Assembly (NCBI GenBank): GCA_965222955.1
Contig: OZ244974.1
Span: 1,920,226-1,984,225 of the forward strand
Length of the DNA stretch: 64,000 nt
Direction: 5' to 3'
DNA from: Hyphomicrobiales bacterium
Lineage (GTDB): Bacteria; Pseudomonadota; Alphaproteobacteria; Rhizobiales; CBDCVD01
The translations under genes were made by a program, and so were the position numbers. The notes under the pieces were generated by a model. It searched no databases. It had not been told where the DNA came from and was given only the letters and a program-made list of their open reading frames with translations. This document shows, piece after piece, positions 35,174-44,124 of the stretch. The stretch's first letter is position 1, and each line of letters opens with the position of its first letter.

Positions 35174-35671
35174 ATGAATGCCGTAAGCCCCTGCGTGGCC
35201 ATTCTCATGGGCAGCCAGTCCGACTGGCCGACAATGCGCCATGCGCGTGATACACTGGATGCCTTGCAGATCCCCTCTCATACGCGGATCGTTTCGGCCC
35301 ATCGCACACCGCAGCGCCTGTATACCTTTGCGCAAAGTGCCGCCGATACAGGCTATCGCGTCATACTTGCCGGCGCCGGCGGGGCGGCGCATCTGCCGGG
35401 AATGGTGGCGGCGCAGACCCATTTGCCGGTCTTTGGCGTGCCGGTTCGCACGCAAACCCTGGCGGGAAGCGACAGCCTGTTGTCCATTGTCCAGATGCCG
35501 GCGGGGGTGCCCGTCGGCACCCTGGCCATCGGCCGGGCCGGGGCTGTCAATGCCGCCTTGCTGGCCGCTTCGGTGCTGGCGCTGGACGATGATCCGTTGC
35601 GCCGCCGCCTGATCGCCTGGCGCGCCGCGCAGACCGATGCCGTTGCCGATACGCCTCATGACGATGATTGA
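35174..35671 (+). CDS. purE: N5-carboxyaminoimidazole ribonucleotide mutase
   Basis: [17 protein letters not shown]...SAHRTP...[13 protein letters not shown]. Confidence 0.95.
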   Translation: MNAVSPCVAILMGSQSDWPTMRHARDTLDALQIPSHTRIVSAHRTPQRLYTFAQSAADTGYRVILAGAGGAAHLPGMVAAQTHLPVFGVPVRTQTLAGSDSLLSIVQMPAGVPVGTLAIGRAGAVNAALLAASVLALDDDPLRRRLIAWRAAQTDAVADTPHDDD

Positions 35672-36785
35672 ACATACAGCGTTGCAGCGCGGGGCCGTCA
35701 TTGGCATTTTGGGGGGTGGCCAACTCGCCCGCATGTTGGCCATGGCGGCGCTGCGTCTTGGCTTTGGCGTGCATGTATATGCGCCGGGCAGGGAGAATCC
35801 GGCGTTTGAGGCGGCCGCCGCCACGTCGGCCGCTTACGACGATGACGCCGCGCTGCGGGCCTTTGCCGCACATGCGGATGTCGTTACCTATGAGTTCGAG
35901 AACGTGCCAGACCGTGCGGTGCGGATTATCGCCGATCAGTGCGCCGTTCAGCCGCGACCGCAGGCCCTGGCCATTGCGCAGGACCGTCTGTTGGAAAAGC
36001 GTTTTCTGGCGCAACAGGGCTGTCCCATAGCCGAGTATGCCGCTGTGGATACGGGCGATGATCTTCGCGCAGCCACAAAGCATTTAGGATACCCGCTTAT
36101 TCTCAAGGCGCGTCGGGAGGGGTACGACGGCAAGGCGCAATGGCGTCTCGGCGCCGATGTCGACATTGAACCGGCCCTGGAGCAGTTAAACGGGCGGCCT
36201 GCGGTGGTCGAACGGGTCGTTGATTTTGCAATGGAGGTGTCGGTGATCGCGGTGCGTTCGCTGGCCGGTGAATTTACCTGTTACGATGTGGTACACAATA
36301 TCCATGAGAATCACATTCTGCGCCGCTCGATTGTGCCGGCGGCTCTGGGTGAGACGTTTGAGCGCGCCGTGACCATGGCCGCCCGCGATATTGCGACGGC
36401 GCTGGATTATGTCGGTGTGCTGGCGGTGGAGATGTTTGTTGTGGGCGAGGTCGGGGCAGAGCGCTTTATCATCAATGAAATCGCACCGCGGGTGCACAAC
36501 TCGGGCCACTGGACCCTCGATGCCTGTCCCGCATCGCAGTTTGAGAATCATATCCGCGCCATCGCCGGTCTTGGCTTGGGCGATACCAACCGCCAGGCGG
36601 ATGTGCGTATGGAAAATCTGTTGGGCGACGAAATCGTGCAAAAGCGCGCCGTTTACCTGTCCCGGGGCGCGGTGTGGCACGATTATGGCAAGCGCACCGT
36701 TCGCGCCGGGCGCAAGATGGGACATGCGACATTTTTGTCGGTGCCGGCGGCGTCATGTGATGACACGCTCTGGACAGCGCCGTAA
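35658..36785 (+). CDS. purK: N5-carboxyaminoimidazole ribonucleotide synthase
   Basis: [15 protein letters not shown] with an ATP-grasp pattern and [14 protein letters not shown]. The start ATG 35658 overlaps the purE end. Confidence 0.93.
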   Translation: MTMIEHTALQRGAVIGILGGGQLARMLAMAALRLGFGVHVYAPGRENPAFEAAAATSAAYDDDAALRAFAAHADVVTYEFENVPDRAVRIIADQCAVQPRPQALAIAQDRLLEKRFLAQQGCPIAEYAAVDTGDDLRAATKHLGYPLILKARREGYDGKAQWRLGADVDIEPALEQLNGRPAVVERVVDFAMEVSVIAVRSLAGEFTCYDVVHNIHENHILRRSIVPAALGETFERAVTMAARDIATALDYVGVLAVEMFVVGEVGAERFIINEIAPRVHNSGHWTLDACPASQFENHIRAIAGLGLGDTNRQADVRMENLLGDEIVQKRAVYLSRGAVWHDYGKRTVRAGRKMGHATFLSVPAASCDDTLWTAP

Positions 36786-36849
36786 TCGTTTGTTACAGTG
36801 AACTTACGCGATGACAGTGGAGATGTTGGCAGGCAATAATCGCGGTGTT

Positions 36850-37190
36850 TCGGTTGTGGCGGGGCTGCAGCCGCAGTTGTGCGTGGAGTACTATGATTTG
36901 CTACTGGTTCGAGTCCAGTCATTTGCACCCCGCTAAACTGTCGTCTTGCCTGCAAATGTTGGAATCGAACCGTCAGGGAATAAAGCGGCCCTGGCGGGCA
37001 CGGTATTCAGGTATGCCGGCAAATCTGCATGGCGATGGCGGGAGCCTGCATGGGAAATTTATGGTATAAAAGCGAATGCCGCCGGTATCGGGTTTGATGC
37101 TGCGTAGCTGTGTATATGAGACACACGCGGCCTTTAGTTCGTACAATGCAGAAACACAATACGGGAACACGAGGATAATTTTATGGAGAT
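36850..37190 (+). ncRNA. Candidate tRNA-like / circularly permuted (two-piece) tmRNA-like locus, atypical
   Basis: A perfect T-arm ACTGG-TTCGAGT-CCAGT lies at 36903-36919. It is followed by CATTTGC (36920-36926), A, and CCC. The exact complement GCAAATG sits 25 nt downstream (36952-36958), followed by TT-GGAATCGAAC (36961-36970), which resembles the tmRNA 5' GGAUUCGAC box. An A-rich lead then precedes a short frame GCG AAT GCC GCC GGT ATC GGG TTT GAT GCT GCG TAG (37072-37107, ANAAGIGFDAA*). The boundaries are approximate. Confidence 0.35.
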
Positions 37191-37193
37191 GCT

Positions 37194-37418
37194 GTGCAAG
37201 TTGTAGTGCGCGATAACAATGTCGATCAGGCATTGAAGGTGTTGAAAAAGAAAATGCAGCGTGAAGGCATTTTTCGCGAAATGAAGCTGCGGAATTTTTA
37301 CGAGAAGCCATCGGAAAAGAAGGCGCGCGAAAAAGCCGAAGCCGTTCGCCGCGCGCGAAAACTGGCGCGTAAACGCGCCCAGCGCGAAGGCCTGTTGCCT
37401 GGCAAGCGCCGGCGCTAG
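37194..37418 (+). CDS. rpsU: 30S ribosomal protein S21
   Basis: GTG start. [56 protein letters not shown]. Confidence 0.95.
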   Translation: MQVVVRDNNVDQALKVLKKKMQREGIFREMKLRNFYEKPSEKKAREKAEAVRRARKLARKRAQREGLLPGKRRR

Positions 37419-37688
37419 AGCCTTTCACTTAAGACCTGACATGCTCCAGGTATGTCGTTGCAATAGGTTGTTCTTAAAAAAACCATCGAGTGCAGGTGGG
37501 CGGCACGGACAGCCCTGATGCGGCAACCCGCGGCAATTTGTAGCAATGGCCGTAAGAGGGGCAACCCTGGACCTGCCGGCATTGCAGTTTTCAGGTGCAG
37601 CACCTGTTTTCAGGCAAAAGAGGGCATTTGATCAGGACGTATTGGTTGTTGTGTGACGGGCGGGACATATGAATCAAGGGAATTCGCC

Positions 37689-38543
37689 ATGATACGGGCA
37701 CACATGATTGACGTAAAAATTGCAACGCTCGTCAGACAAGTCCTGTCTGCAATCGTTTTGAGTGCCATACTGGCGGGGTGTACCGCCAGGGTGAAGCCGC
37801 CACCGACGGCGATTGGGGGGGAAGCCAGCGCGAGCGCCAATAACATCGCCGCCCTGAGCGCCATTGTTCAGGACAATCCAAATGACGCCGATGCCTACAA
37901 CACACGCGGGGCGGCGTTTGGCGAGGCGGGCCAGCACGAAAAGGCGCTGGCGGATTTCACCACCGCGATAAGACTGGATTCTGCCAACTATCAGGCATAC
38001 TACAACCGGGCCTTGATTTTGCGTCGCCTTGGCCGGCCGGCGGACGCGCTGGAGGACTATAACCGCGCCCTTCGTATTAATGCCTCCTACGCACAAGCTT
38101 ATTCGGGACGCGCCAATCTGTATCGCCAGGCGGGCAAGCCGAACCTGGCGCTGGCCGATTACAATAACGCCATCCGCCTTGGCAGCACGGATGCGCAGAC
38201 CTATTTCGCCCGTGCGCGCCTTTATCAACTGAATGATCTTCACGCCAGGGCGATCGAGGACTTTTCCGAAGCCTTGCGTTACAAGCGCAATGCCGCAGAG
38301 ATTTTTCAGGCGCGCGGGATCAGCCTGCTTCACACGCAGCAGTACGGGGAGGCCTATAACGACTTCACCGATGCCTTGCGTATTGACAACAATAATGCCG
38401 ATATCTGGTATCTGCGCGGGCAGGCGGCGGAGCATAGCGGCAAGATCGACAAGGCGCTGAAATCCTATGAGAACGCCACCCGTCTGCGCCAGGGCCATGC
38501 CGCCGCACTGGAGGCCTTGCGTCGTCTTGGGCGCACCCTCTAG
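37689..38543 (+). CDS. TPR-repeat lipoprotein
   Basis: ATG 37689 after aaggga. Lipobox ILAGCT. Seven or so TPR units follow (AYNTRGAAFGEAGQHEKALADFTTAIRLD...). Confidence 0.8.
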   Translation: MIRAHMIDVKIATLVRQVLSAIVLSAILAGCTARVKPPPTAIGGEASASANNIAALSAIVQDNPNDADAYNTRGAAFGEAGQHEKALADFTTAIRLDSANYQAYYNRALILRRLGRPADALEDYNRALRINASYAQAYSGRANLYRQAGKPNLALADYNNAIRLGSTDAQTYFARARLYQLNDLHARAIEDFSEALRYKRNAAEIFQARGISLLHTQQYGEAYNDFTDALRIDNNNADIWYLRGQAAEHSGKIDKALKSYENATRLRQGHAAALEALRRLGRTL

Positions 38544-38631
38544 GAGCGTGTCGGATTTGTTAGCCAAGTCATTGATTTTATTGAATTCCTTATTTTTCTA
38601 ACAGACCTGTTTCATAGTAAAATCAATGACT

Positions 38632-38735
38632 TATACCAGCGGTATTGGCTTGTTGTACACGCTGACTTGTGTATCGTGTTGATAAGACAACGGTTTTTAA
38701 CCAAGCAAAGAGTCAAACGCAAAGGCCCTTGGTAT
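38632..38735 (+). repeat. R98 element, single copy
   Basis: tataccagcggtattggcttgttgtacacgctgacttgtgtatcgtgttgataagacaacggtttttaaccaagcaaagagtcaaacgcaaaggcccttggtat. Confidence 0.9.
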
Positions 38736-39001
38736 TAGGCAGTTAGCGCCCATCAAACCTGACAGACTGCCAGAGCGTCGGGCGTTTAAGTTGCACCAAT
38801 AACCCCGGTCATGGATTAAGGACCTTTTTCTCATGCTTTATTGGTTCTTTCTCATCGAGCCGGACGTTCCGGTGTAAAGGCGGATCCAGCCATTTATCTG
38901 ATCATAAGCCATAACCGGCGGCTGCGGTGTGTCAAGGGCGCTTCGCGCCGCTTCCAGTGGTTCATAAACCCTTGACAGCGCTGGATAAATCTAACACCTC
39001 C

Positions 39002-39100
39002 AATGATCAGATGAATGGCCACCTGCACCCGATGGGTTTACCAGGGACAACCTGTTGAAATACACCGGGTGTGATCTTTCAGCACGTTGTTCCCAGGACG
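39002..39100. repeat. Family C arms (inner-right arm, then an unrelated outer-left arm)
   Basis: aatgatcagatgaatggccacctgcacccgatgggtttaccagggacaacctgttgaaatacac, then gtgtgatctttcagcacgttgttcccaggacg. Confidence 0.8.
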
Positions 39101-39137
39101 CGAAACGCCGTTTCTTGCAAAGCCGCAAGATGCGTCG

Positions 39138-40016
39138 TCAGTGGGCCTTTGCCGATTTCATGAACACTCCAACCGCGGCAGCGAAGCTCCGATCCTTCAG
39201 ACAGATTGCAAATGTCTGACCGGTGATCTTATGCGCCGCCAATCGCAGGACTTTGGTGTTGAAGCCGGGCAGAACCTCGTTTTCGACAATTACCCCAAGG
39301 CCAAGCCCCGCCGCGGCGGCCGCGCATATGCCTTCGCGGCTACCGACCTCAATGATCGCCTTTGGCTGACAGTTCTTTTCCTCAAGAAATCTCTGGAATA
39401 ATGCCCGGGTTTGCGAGCCTTGCTCGCGCAAAAGCAGCACTTCGTGACGAAGAGATTCAAGAGAGAGCTCCCCGACCGCTGCGGCAGGATGCGCCTCGCT
39501 ACCTATCAGTACAACTTCCGGATTTGACAATGCGATGCACGCGCAGTCAGGGTAGTTGCCATCGCCACCCAGAAAGGCAACATCGACCTCACAGGAGCGG
39601 AGCATATCCAGAACCTGCTGCGAGTTACCGAAATGCATCGATATCTGAATGCCCGGATGGCCCTTGCGGAACGCCGCGATACACCGCGTTGCATCGCTCG
39701 GCGCGCTGGCGGCGATTCGCAGAACGCCCACATGCGCGCTTGCCCCTTCCTTTAGATACTCGACCGCATCATTCTCCAGGGCAAACAGCCGGCTTGTGAT
39801 CTCAAACAGCCCTTCGCCATAGGGCGTTACGCGCAGCTTTCGCCCGCGGCCGCGATCCAGAAGCAAAACCCCATAGCTCTTTTCGAGATTTGACACCTGT
39901 ATTGTCACAGTCGGTTGCGCGCGGCCGATCTTGCTGGCGGCTTTTGAAAAACTGCCGTAGCGGACAACCGCGTTGAAACATCTGAGTTCCGACAGACTCA
40001 CGAGGGCGTTCCTCAA
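39138..40016 (-). CDS. LysR-family transcriptional regulator
   Basis: 292 aa. The N-terminal HTH is LSELRCFNAVVRYGSFSKAASKIGRAQPTVTIQVSNLEKSYG. It is divergent from the ABC/catabolic operon. Confidence 0.9.
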   Translation of the reverse strand: MRNALVSLSELRCFNAVVRYGSFSKAASKIGRAQPTVTIQVSNLEKSYGVLLLDRGRGRKLRVTPYGEGLFEITSRLFALENDAVEYLKEGASAHVGVLRIAASAPSDATRCIAAFRKGHPGIQISMHFGNSQQVLDMLRSCEVDVAFLGGDGNYPDCACIALSNPEVVLIGSEAHPAAAVGELSLESLRHEVLLLREQGSQTRALFQRFLEEKNCQPKAIIEVGSREGICAAAAAGLGLGVIVENEVLPGFNTKVLRLAAHKITGQTFAICLKDRSFAAAVGVFMKSAKAH

Positions 40017-40026
40017 TAATATTTAT

Positions 40027-40049
40027 GCAATAAATATTAATCTAAAAGT
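40027..40049. promoter_or_regulatory. Perfect AT-rich palindrome in the LysR/operon divergent spacer (candidate LTTR operator)
   Basis: TAATATTTAT-GCA-ATAAATATTA has 10-bp perfect arms. It lies 11 bp from the LysR start codon. Confidence 0.4.
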
Positions 40050-40154
40050 TATCAATTATGCAAATGATTTTTCTCTGCGTAAACTCTCCTGGCCTATGAC
40101 GACAACGGGTGTGCAGTCTGTTGGCGTGCGCATTAAAACCTGGGAGGACCCCTG

Positions 40155-41327
40155 ATGAAGAAAACCATTTTGACAACGCTCGCGGCAGCGATGCTCTCAT
40201 CTTTCACCGCCTTTACGGCGTCGGCCGAGCCGATCAAGGTTGCCTGGCTCAGTTTCGGAATAAGCCACGAGTGGTTCCGCTCACTGTCGATATTCGCTGA
40301 AAACGAAGCCAAACGCATCGCCGAACGGGACGGGGTTACGTTCGAGTTTGTCATCAAGGATGGAGCGCGCAATATCCAGACCCAGTTGCAGCAGATCGAC
40401 GATCTGATCGCGCAAGGGGATGTGGATATCATCTATTTCGAGCCGATTGACCAAAATGCCCTGGTGCGCGCCGTTAAACGGGTAAATGACGAACTGGGTA
40501 TCCCCATCGGCGCGGCCGGAATCGTCACCAATGGCGGTCAGTACCTTTATGTGGGTCTCGACAATGTTCAGGCGACCGAACAGGTTGGCACCGCGCTTGC
40601 GGACCTGCTGGATCGCAAATACGGCAAAGGTCAATGGCCCGCAACCGGCAAGATCATTGAAATCTGGGGACCTGCGGGGATATCGATCACCGACGACCGC
40701 CACGCCGGTTTCCGCAATACTTTCGAGCCGCGTCTGGCGGAAAACCCCGGCGTCGAGATTGTAAACGGTACCGGGAACTGGGATCCGGCGACCGCGTTCA
40801 AGGCAGCCAGTGACCTGATCTCACGCTACGGCGATCAGATCATCGGTGTTTACACCCATGACGACCCATCGGCGACGGAAGGGGTGGTCCGCGCCCTGGA
40901 ACTGGCCAATATGCAGTACCCGGTCGGTCACGAAAAGCACATACCGATTGTCAGCTATGATGGCACAAAGACCGGCTTACAGTCGATCCGCGACAGGGAA
41001 GTGGACGTAATCACCGAGCAGCCGGCCCTGGGCTATGCGACGCTGGTCATGCGCTATCTCTATGAGTGGCACAAGAACGGCATCGATGCGCTGCCCAAGG
41101 CAGGAACAACGCTGGAACTGGATACGTTGAGGGAGATGTTCGTCGATGAAACCGGTGTGCAGACCTGGGGGCCGGTTGAAGTGCGCAAGGGTCCGAACTG
41201 GGACGGTATCTGGCTTGCGCCCAAAAGCCCCCTGATTCCAACCGAAGTTGATCCCTATGCGCAAAACCAGTGGGGCAACTACATGTATTTTGTCGACAAG
41301 GGTGAATTCCCCAAAAAAGACAACTGA
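40155..41327 (+). CDS. Periplasmic sugar/polyol-binding protein (PBP type I, CUT2 ABC)
   Basis: Signal peptide MKKTILTTLAAAMLSSFTAFTASA with an RbsB-like fold pattern. Confidence 0.8.
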   Translation: MKKTILTTLAAAMLSSFTAFTASAEPIKVAWLSFGISHEWFRSLSIFAENEAKRIAERDGVTFEFVIKDGARNIQTQLQQIDDLIAQGDVDIIYFEPIDQNALVRAVKRVNDELGIPIGAAGIVTNGGQYLYVGLDNVQATEQVGTALADLLDRKYGKGQWPATGKIIEIWGPAGISITDDRHAGFRNTFEPRLAENPGVEIVNGTGNWDPATAFKAASDLISRYGDQIIGVYTHDDPSATEGVVRALELANMQYPVGHEKHIPIVSYDGTKTGLQSIRDREVDVITEQPALGYATLVMRYLYEWHKNGIDALPKAGTTLELDTLREMFVDETGVQTWGPVEVRKGPNWDGIWLAPKSPLIPTEVDPYAQNQWGNYMYFVDKGEFPKKDN

Positions 41328-41518
41328 TCTTCCCCGACGGGGCGGCAAAAGGGGCGGCCCCGTCACCGGAAATCCAAGACATGACACGCTCCGGGCAGGC
41401 TCACGTGTCGAATTGCGCATATGGATCGTTTGCCGGACCACAGGGTTGGCCAGGCAAGGAAACGGGCATCGGGATGGATACGAAAACCGCACCCGCGCAG
41501 AGAGGATAGACGAGGCAG

Positions 41519-43093
41519 ATGGGCGTGAATGTGCACAATAGCGAAGCGGAGCCTATGCCGCCGTCCGTCTACAAGGTCGATGCCATCGGAAAAAGTTACT
41601 TCGGTACCGAAGTGCTGCGCGATATCAGGTTGGAACTGCGGCGCGGCGAGGTGCATGGCATCATCGGCAAAAACGGTGCCGGTAAATCCACACTGGTCAA
41701 CATCATGCACGGTTCCGAGCCGCCGAATACCGGAACGCTGGAAATCGGCGGCCAGACCGTCGCCCACCTGACACCGAAAACAGCCCATGATATGGGCGTC
41801 GTTCTGATCCCGCAGAAAGCCAGCTATCCCTTGCAACTGACCGTCGCTGAAACACTGTTTCTGGGTGCTCACGCGGCGGGCCGGTTTGGCCTTATCGACA
41901 GGCGCCGTCTGCACGAACAAACGCGCGTTATCCTGGCGCGCATTGGGCTGGATCTCGAGCCGGATGCGTTGCTTGAGGACGTGCCGCTGGAGGAACGCCG
42001 GTTGATCGAGGTAGCCAAGGCGTTGTGGATTTTCGATGCCAGGGTGGTGATCCTTGATGAAACCACCGCCGCGCTGAGTGTCAGGCCGCGCGAGAAACTG
42101 TTCGACATCATGCGCCGGACCACCGCCCGGGAGGGGCGCTGTTTCGTCTTTATCAGTCATCGTCTGGAGGAAATGATCGATATTTGCGATCGCGTTACGG
42201 TGCTGCGTAATGGTCGGCTGGTGGGGACCGAAAATGTGCTCGGACTGACCCGCGAACGATTGGCAGAGTTGATCACCGGCGGGCGCGGCCAGGGCGCCGA
42301 AACCGCGCCCGTCAAACGCAGGATCACCATGCGAAGGTATCTTGAACTGCAAAACGTCGGCCGTAAGGGCGAGTTCTCCGACATCTCGCTTACGGTGGGG
42401 CTTGGGGAGATCGTTGGCATAACCGGTATGGTAGGCTCCGGTTATAGTGAACTCCTGCGCCATATCGGTGGTATCAGCCCCGGCGGCAGCGGCCGGATCA
42501 CCATTGACGGCCGTATGGTTCAGCCGCGTTCTCCCCGCGCAATGAAGCGGCACTCGGTGGGCTATCTGACCCACAAGCGCGAAGAGGAAGCGTTGTTTCA
42601 CGGCCTGTCCATCCAGCACAACGCCATTGGCGCTGCTTTCAGAAACTTTGCTTCAAATACGGGTATCCTCAGCATTCGCGCCGTGCGCAAGGCGGTCAGC
42701 GAGCTGAAATCCAGGCTCGACATTAAAATGGGCGAGCAGTTTGAGGCCATCGACACCCTGAGCGGCGGTAACAAGCAGAAAGTTATCGTCGGTCGTCTGT
42801 TGGGGTATGACCTTGATGTCTATCTTTTCGACGAGATTGCGGAAGGCGTTGATATCAGCGCCCGACGCGTTTTGCTGGAAACGGTGCGCGATCGCGTCAG
42901 CCTTTCGGCGGCGGTCCTCATGGCCTCAAACGTGGTGTCCGATTTAATGGAAATCTGTGATCGGATCCTGGTAATGTATCACGGTCGGATTTCGCAGGAA
43001 TTCCGCAAGGATCAATACGACGAACACGATATATACAGCGCTGTTCAAGGGTTGGATGTTGTTCCACAAGTGCACGCCGCAAAGAGCTTATAA
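41519..43093 (+). CDS. CUT2 sugar ABC transporter ATP-binding protein (fused double ATPase)
   Basis: Walker A GKNGAGKST, Walker B VILDETTAAL, and a second half with the LSGGNKQKV signature. The start is uncertain (41519 or 41555). Confidence 0.85.
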   Translation: MGVNVHNSEAEPMPPSVYKVDAIGKSYFGTEVLRDIRLELRRGEVHGIIGKNGAGKSTLVNIMHGSEPPNTGTLEIGGQTVAHLTPKTAHDMGVVLIPQKASYPLQLTVAETLFLGAHAAGRFGLIDRRRLHEQTRVILARIGLDLEPDALLEDVPLEERRLIEVAKALWIFDARVVILDETTAALSVRPREKLFDIMRRTTAREGRCFVFISHRLEEMIDICDRVTVLRNGRLVGTENVLGLTRERLAELITGGRGQGAETAPVKRRITMRRYLELQNVGRKGEFSDISLTVGLGEIVGITGMVGSGYSELLRHIGGISPGGSGRITIDGRMVQPRSPRAMKRHSVGYLTHKREEEALFHGLSIQHNAIGAAFRNFASNTGILSIRAVRKAVSELKSRLDIKMGEQFEAIDTLSGGNKQKVIVGRLLGYDLDVYLFDEIAEGVDISARRVLLETVRDRVSLSAAVLMASNVVSDLMEICDRILVMYHGRISQEFRKDQYDEHDIYSAVQGLDVVPQVHAAKSL

Positions 43094-43094
43094 G

Positions 43095-44123
43095 ATGATA
43101 CGAAGGAACAGCATCCGTCTTGTCGCAGACCACTATATCTGGTTACTGGTGATCCTGCTCCTGGTGATCGCCTCGTTGACTCTGCCGCGATTTTTCACGA
43201 TCGTGAACTTTCTGAACATTTTCTATCATACGTCGGCCATCGGCATGATGATTCTGGGTATGTCCTTCTGTCTTCTTGTCGGCAGGATGGACCTTTCGCT
43301 GGAAAGCACCTTTGCCATTGCCCCGACAATCGGGGTGTTGATGGTCTATCAATGGGCGCCGGTGCTGCCCGGATGGTCTGCGGTTCCCATCGCCCTGGCC
43401 GTGGGCGCCGCGATCGGCTTTATCAACGCGATGCTGGTGATCAGGCTAAACATCAATTCGTTCCTTGCTACCCTGGCAATGCTGATTATCCTGCGCGGCC
43501 TTCTGGTCTATATTCTGCCGCAGGGCCTGTGGGAAATCCCGGAATTGATCTCGTTCCTGGGCTCGGCACAGTTCTATATCGGCGATATCCGCTTTCCGGT
43601 CACCATTCTGATTTTTGTCTTCTTGTTCCTGCTCGCCGGTTTCATCGTCTCGAACACCGCGTTTGGCAAGGATATGATGGCCGTCGGCGCCAACCCCACC
43701 GCCGCTTTCATCGCCGGAATCAATGTCGAACGCATCTACATCATTGTCTTCGTGATCGCTGGCGCTTGCGCCGCGTTCGGAGGGGTCCTTCTGAGCGGGC
43801 GAATCGGCTCGATCCTGAACGGTATGGGTGAGGGTGATATCCTGTTGGTCTTTGCCGGAACGGTTTTGGGTGGTATCAGCCTTAATGGCGGCAAGGGCAG
43901 GATTTCCAACGCGCTTGGTGGGGCGCTGCTACTGACCACGATCTCCACCATCCTGAACTACGGCGGGTTCAGCCCGTTTCTGGTGCGGGCTTTCCAGGGC
44001 TTCATTCTTTTGGCGGCCATGATCGTCAGCGCTCAGGGGCATCTGCTCGCGCGACTGTTGCCCGCACCCGGTCAGGACGACTCAACCCGCACTGGCGTTA
44101 CAACACAACCTGAAGGCAAGTGA
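43095..44123 (+). CDS. CUT2 sugar ABC transporter permease (RbsC-like)
   Basis: The ATG is 1 nt after the ATPase stop. About 10 hydrophobic segments. Confidence 0.85.
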   Translation: MIRRNSIRLVADHYIWLLVILLLVIASLTLPRFFTIVNFLNIFYHTSAIGMMILGMSFCLLVGRMDLSLESTFAIAPTIGVLMVYQWAPVLPGWSAVPIALAVGAAIGFINAMLVIRLNINSFLATLAMLIILRGLLVYILPQGLWEIPELISFLGSAQFYIGDIRFPVTILIFVFLFLLAGFIVSNTAFGKDMMAVGANPTAAFIAGINVERIYIIVFVIAGACAAFGGVLLSGRIGSILNGMGEGDILLVFAGTVLGGISLNGGKGRISNALGGALLLTTISTILNYGGFSPFLVRAFQGFILLAAMIVSAQGHLLARLLPAPGQDDSTRTGVTTQPEGK

Positions 44124-44124
44124 A

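Noticed and set aside
36855-36930. An ordinary tRNA gene ending at 36930.
   Set aside because: Only the T-arm and 3' acceptor strand are present. No matching 5' acceptor strand, D-arm or anticodon arm lies upstream, and the complementary 5' strand lies downstream (permuted).
36845-37428. ORFs 36845..37069 (+) and 36973..37428 (-) in the purK-rpsU spacer.
   Set aside because: They show no protein-like features. The minus ORF overlaps rpsU antisense. The region is better explained by the tRNA-like/tmRNA-like RNA structure.
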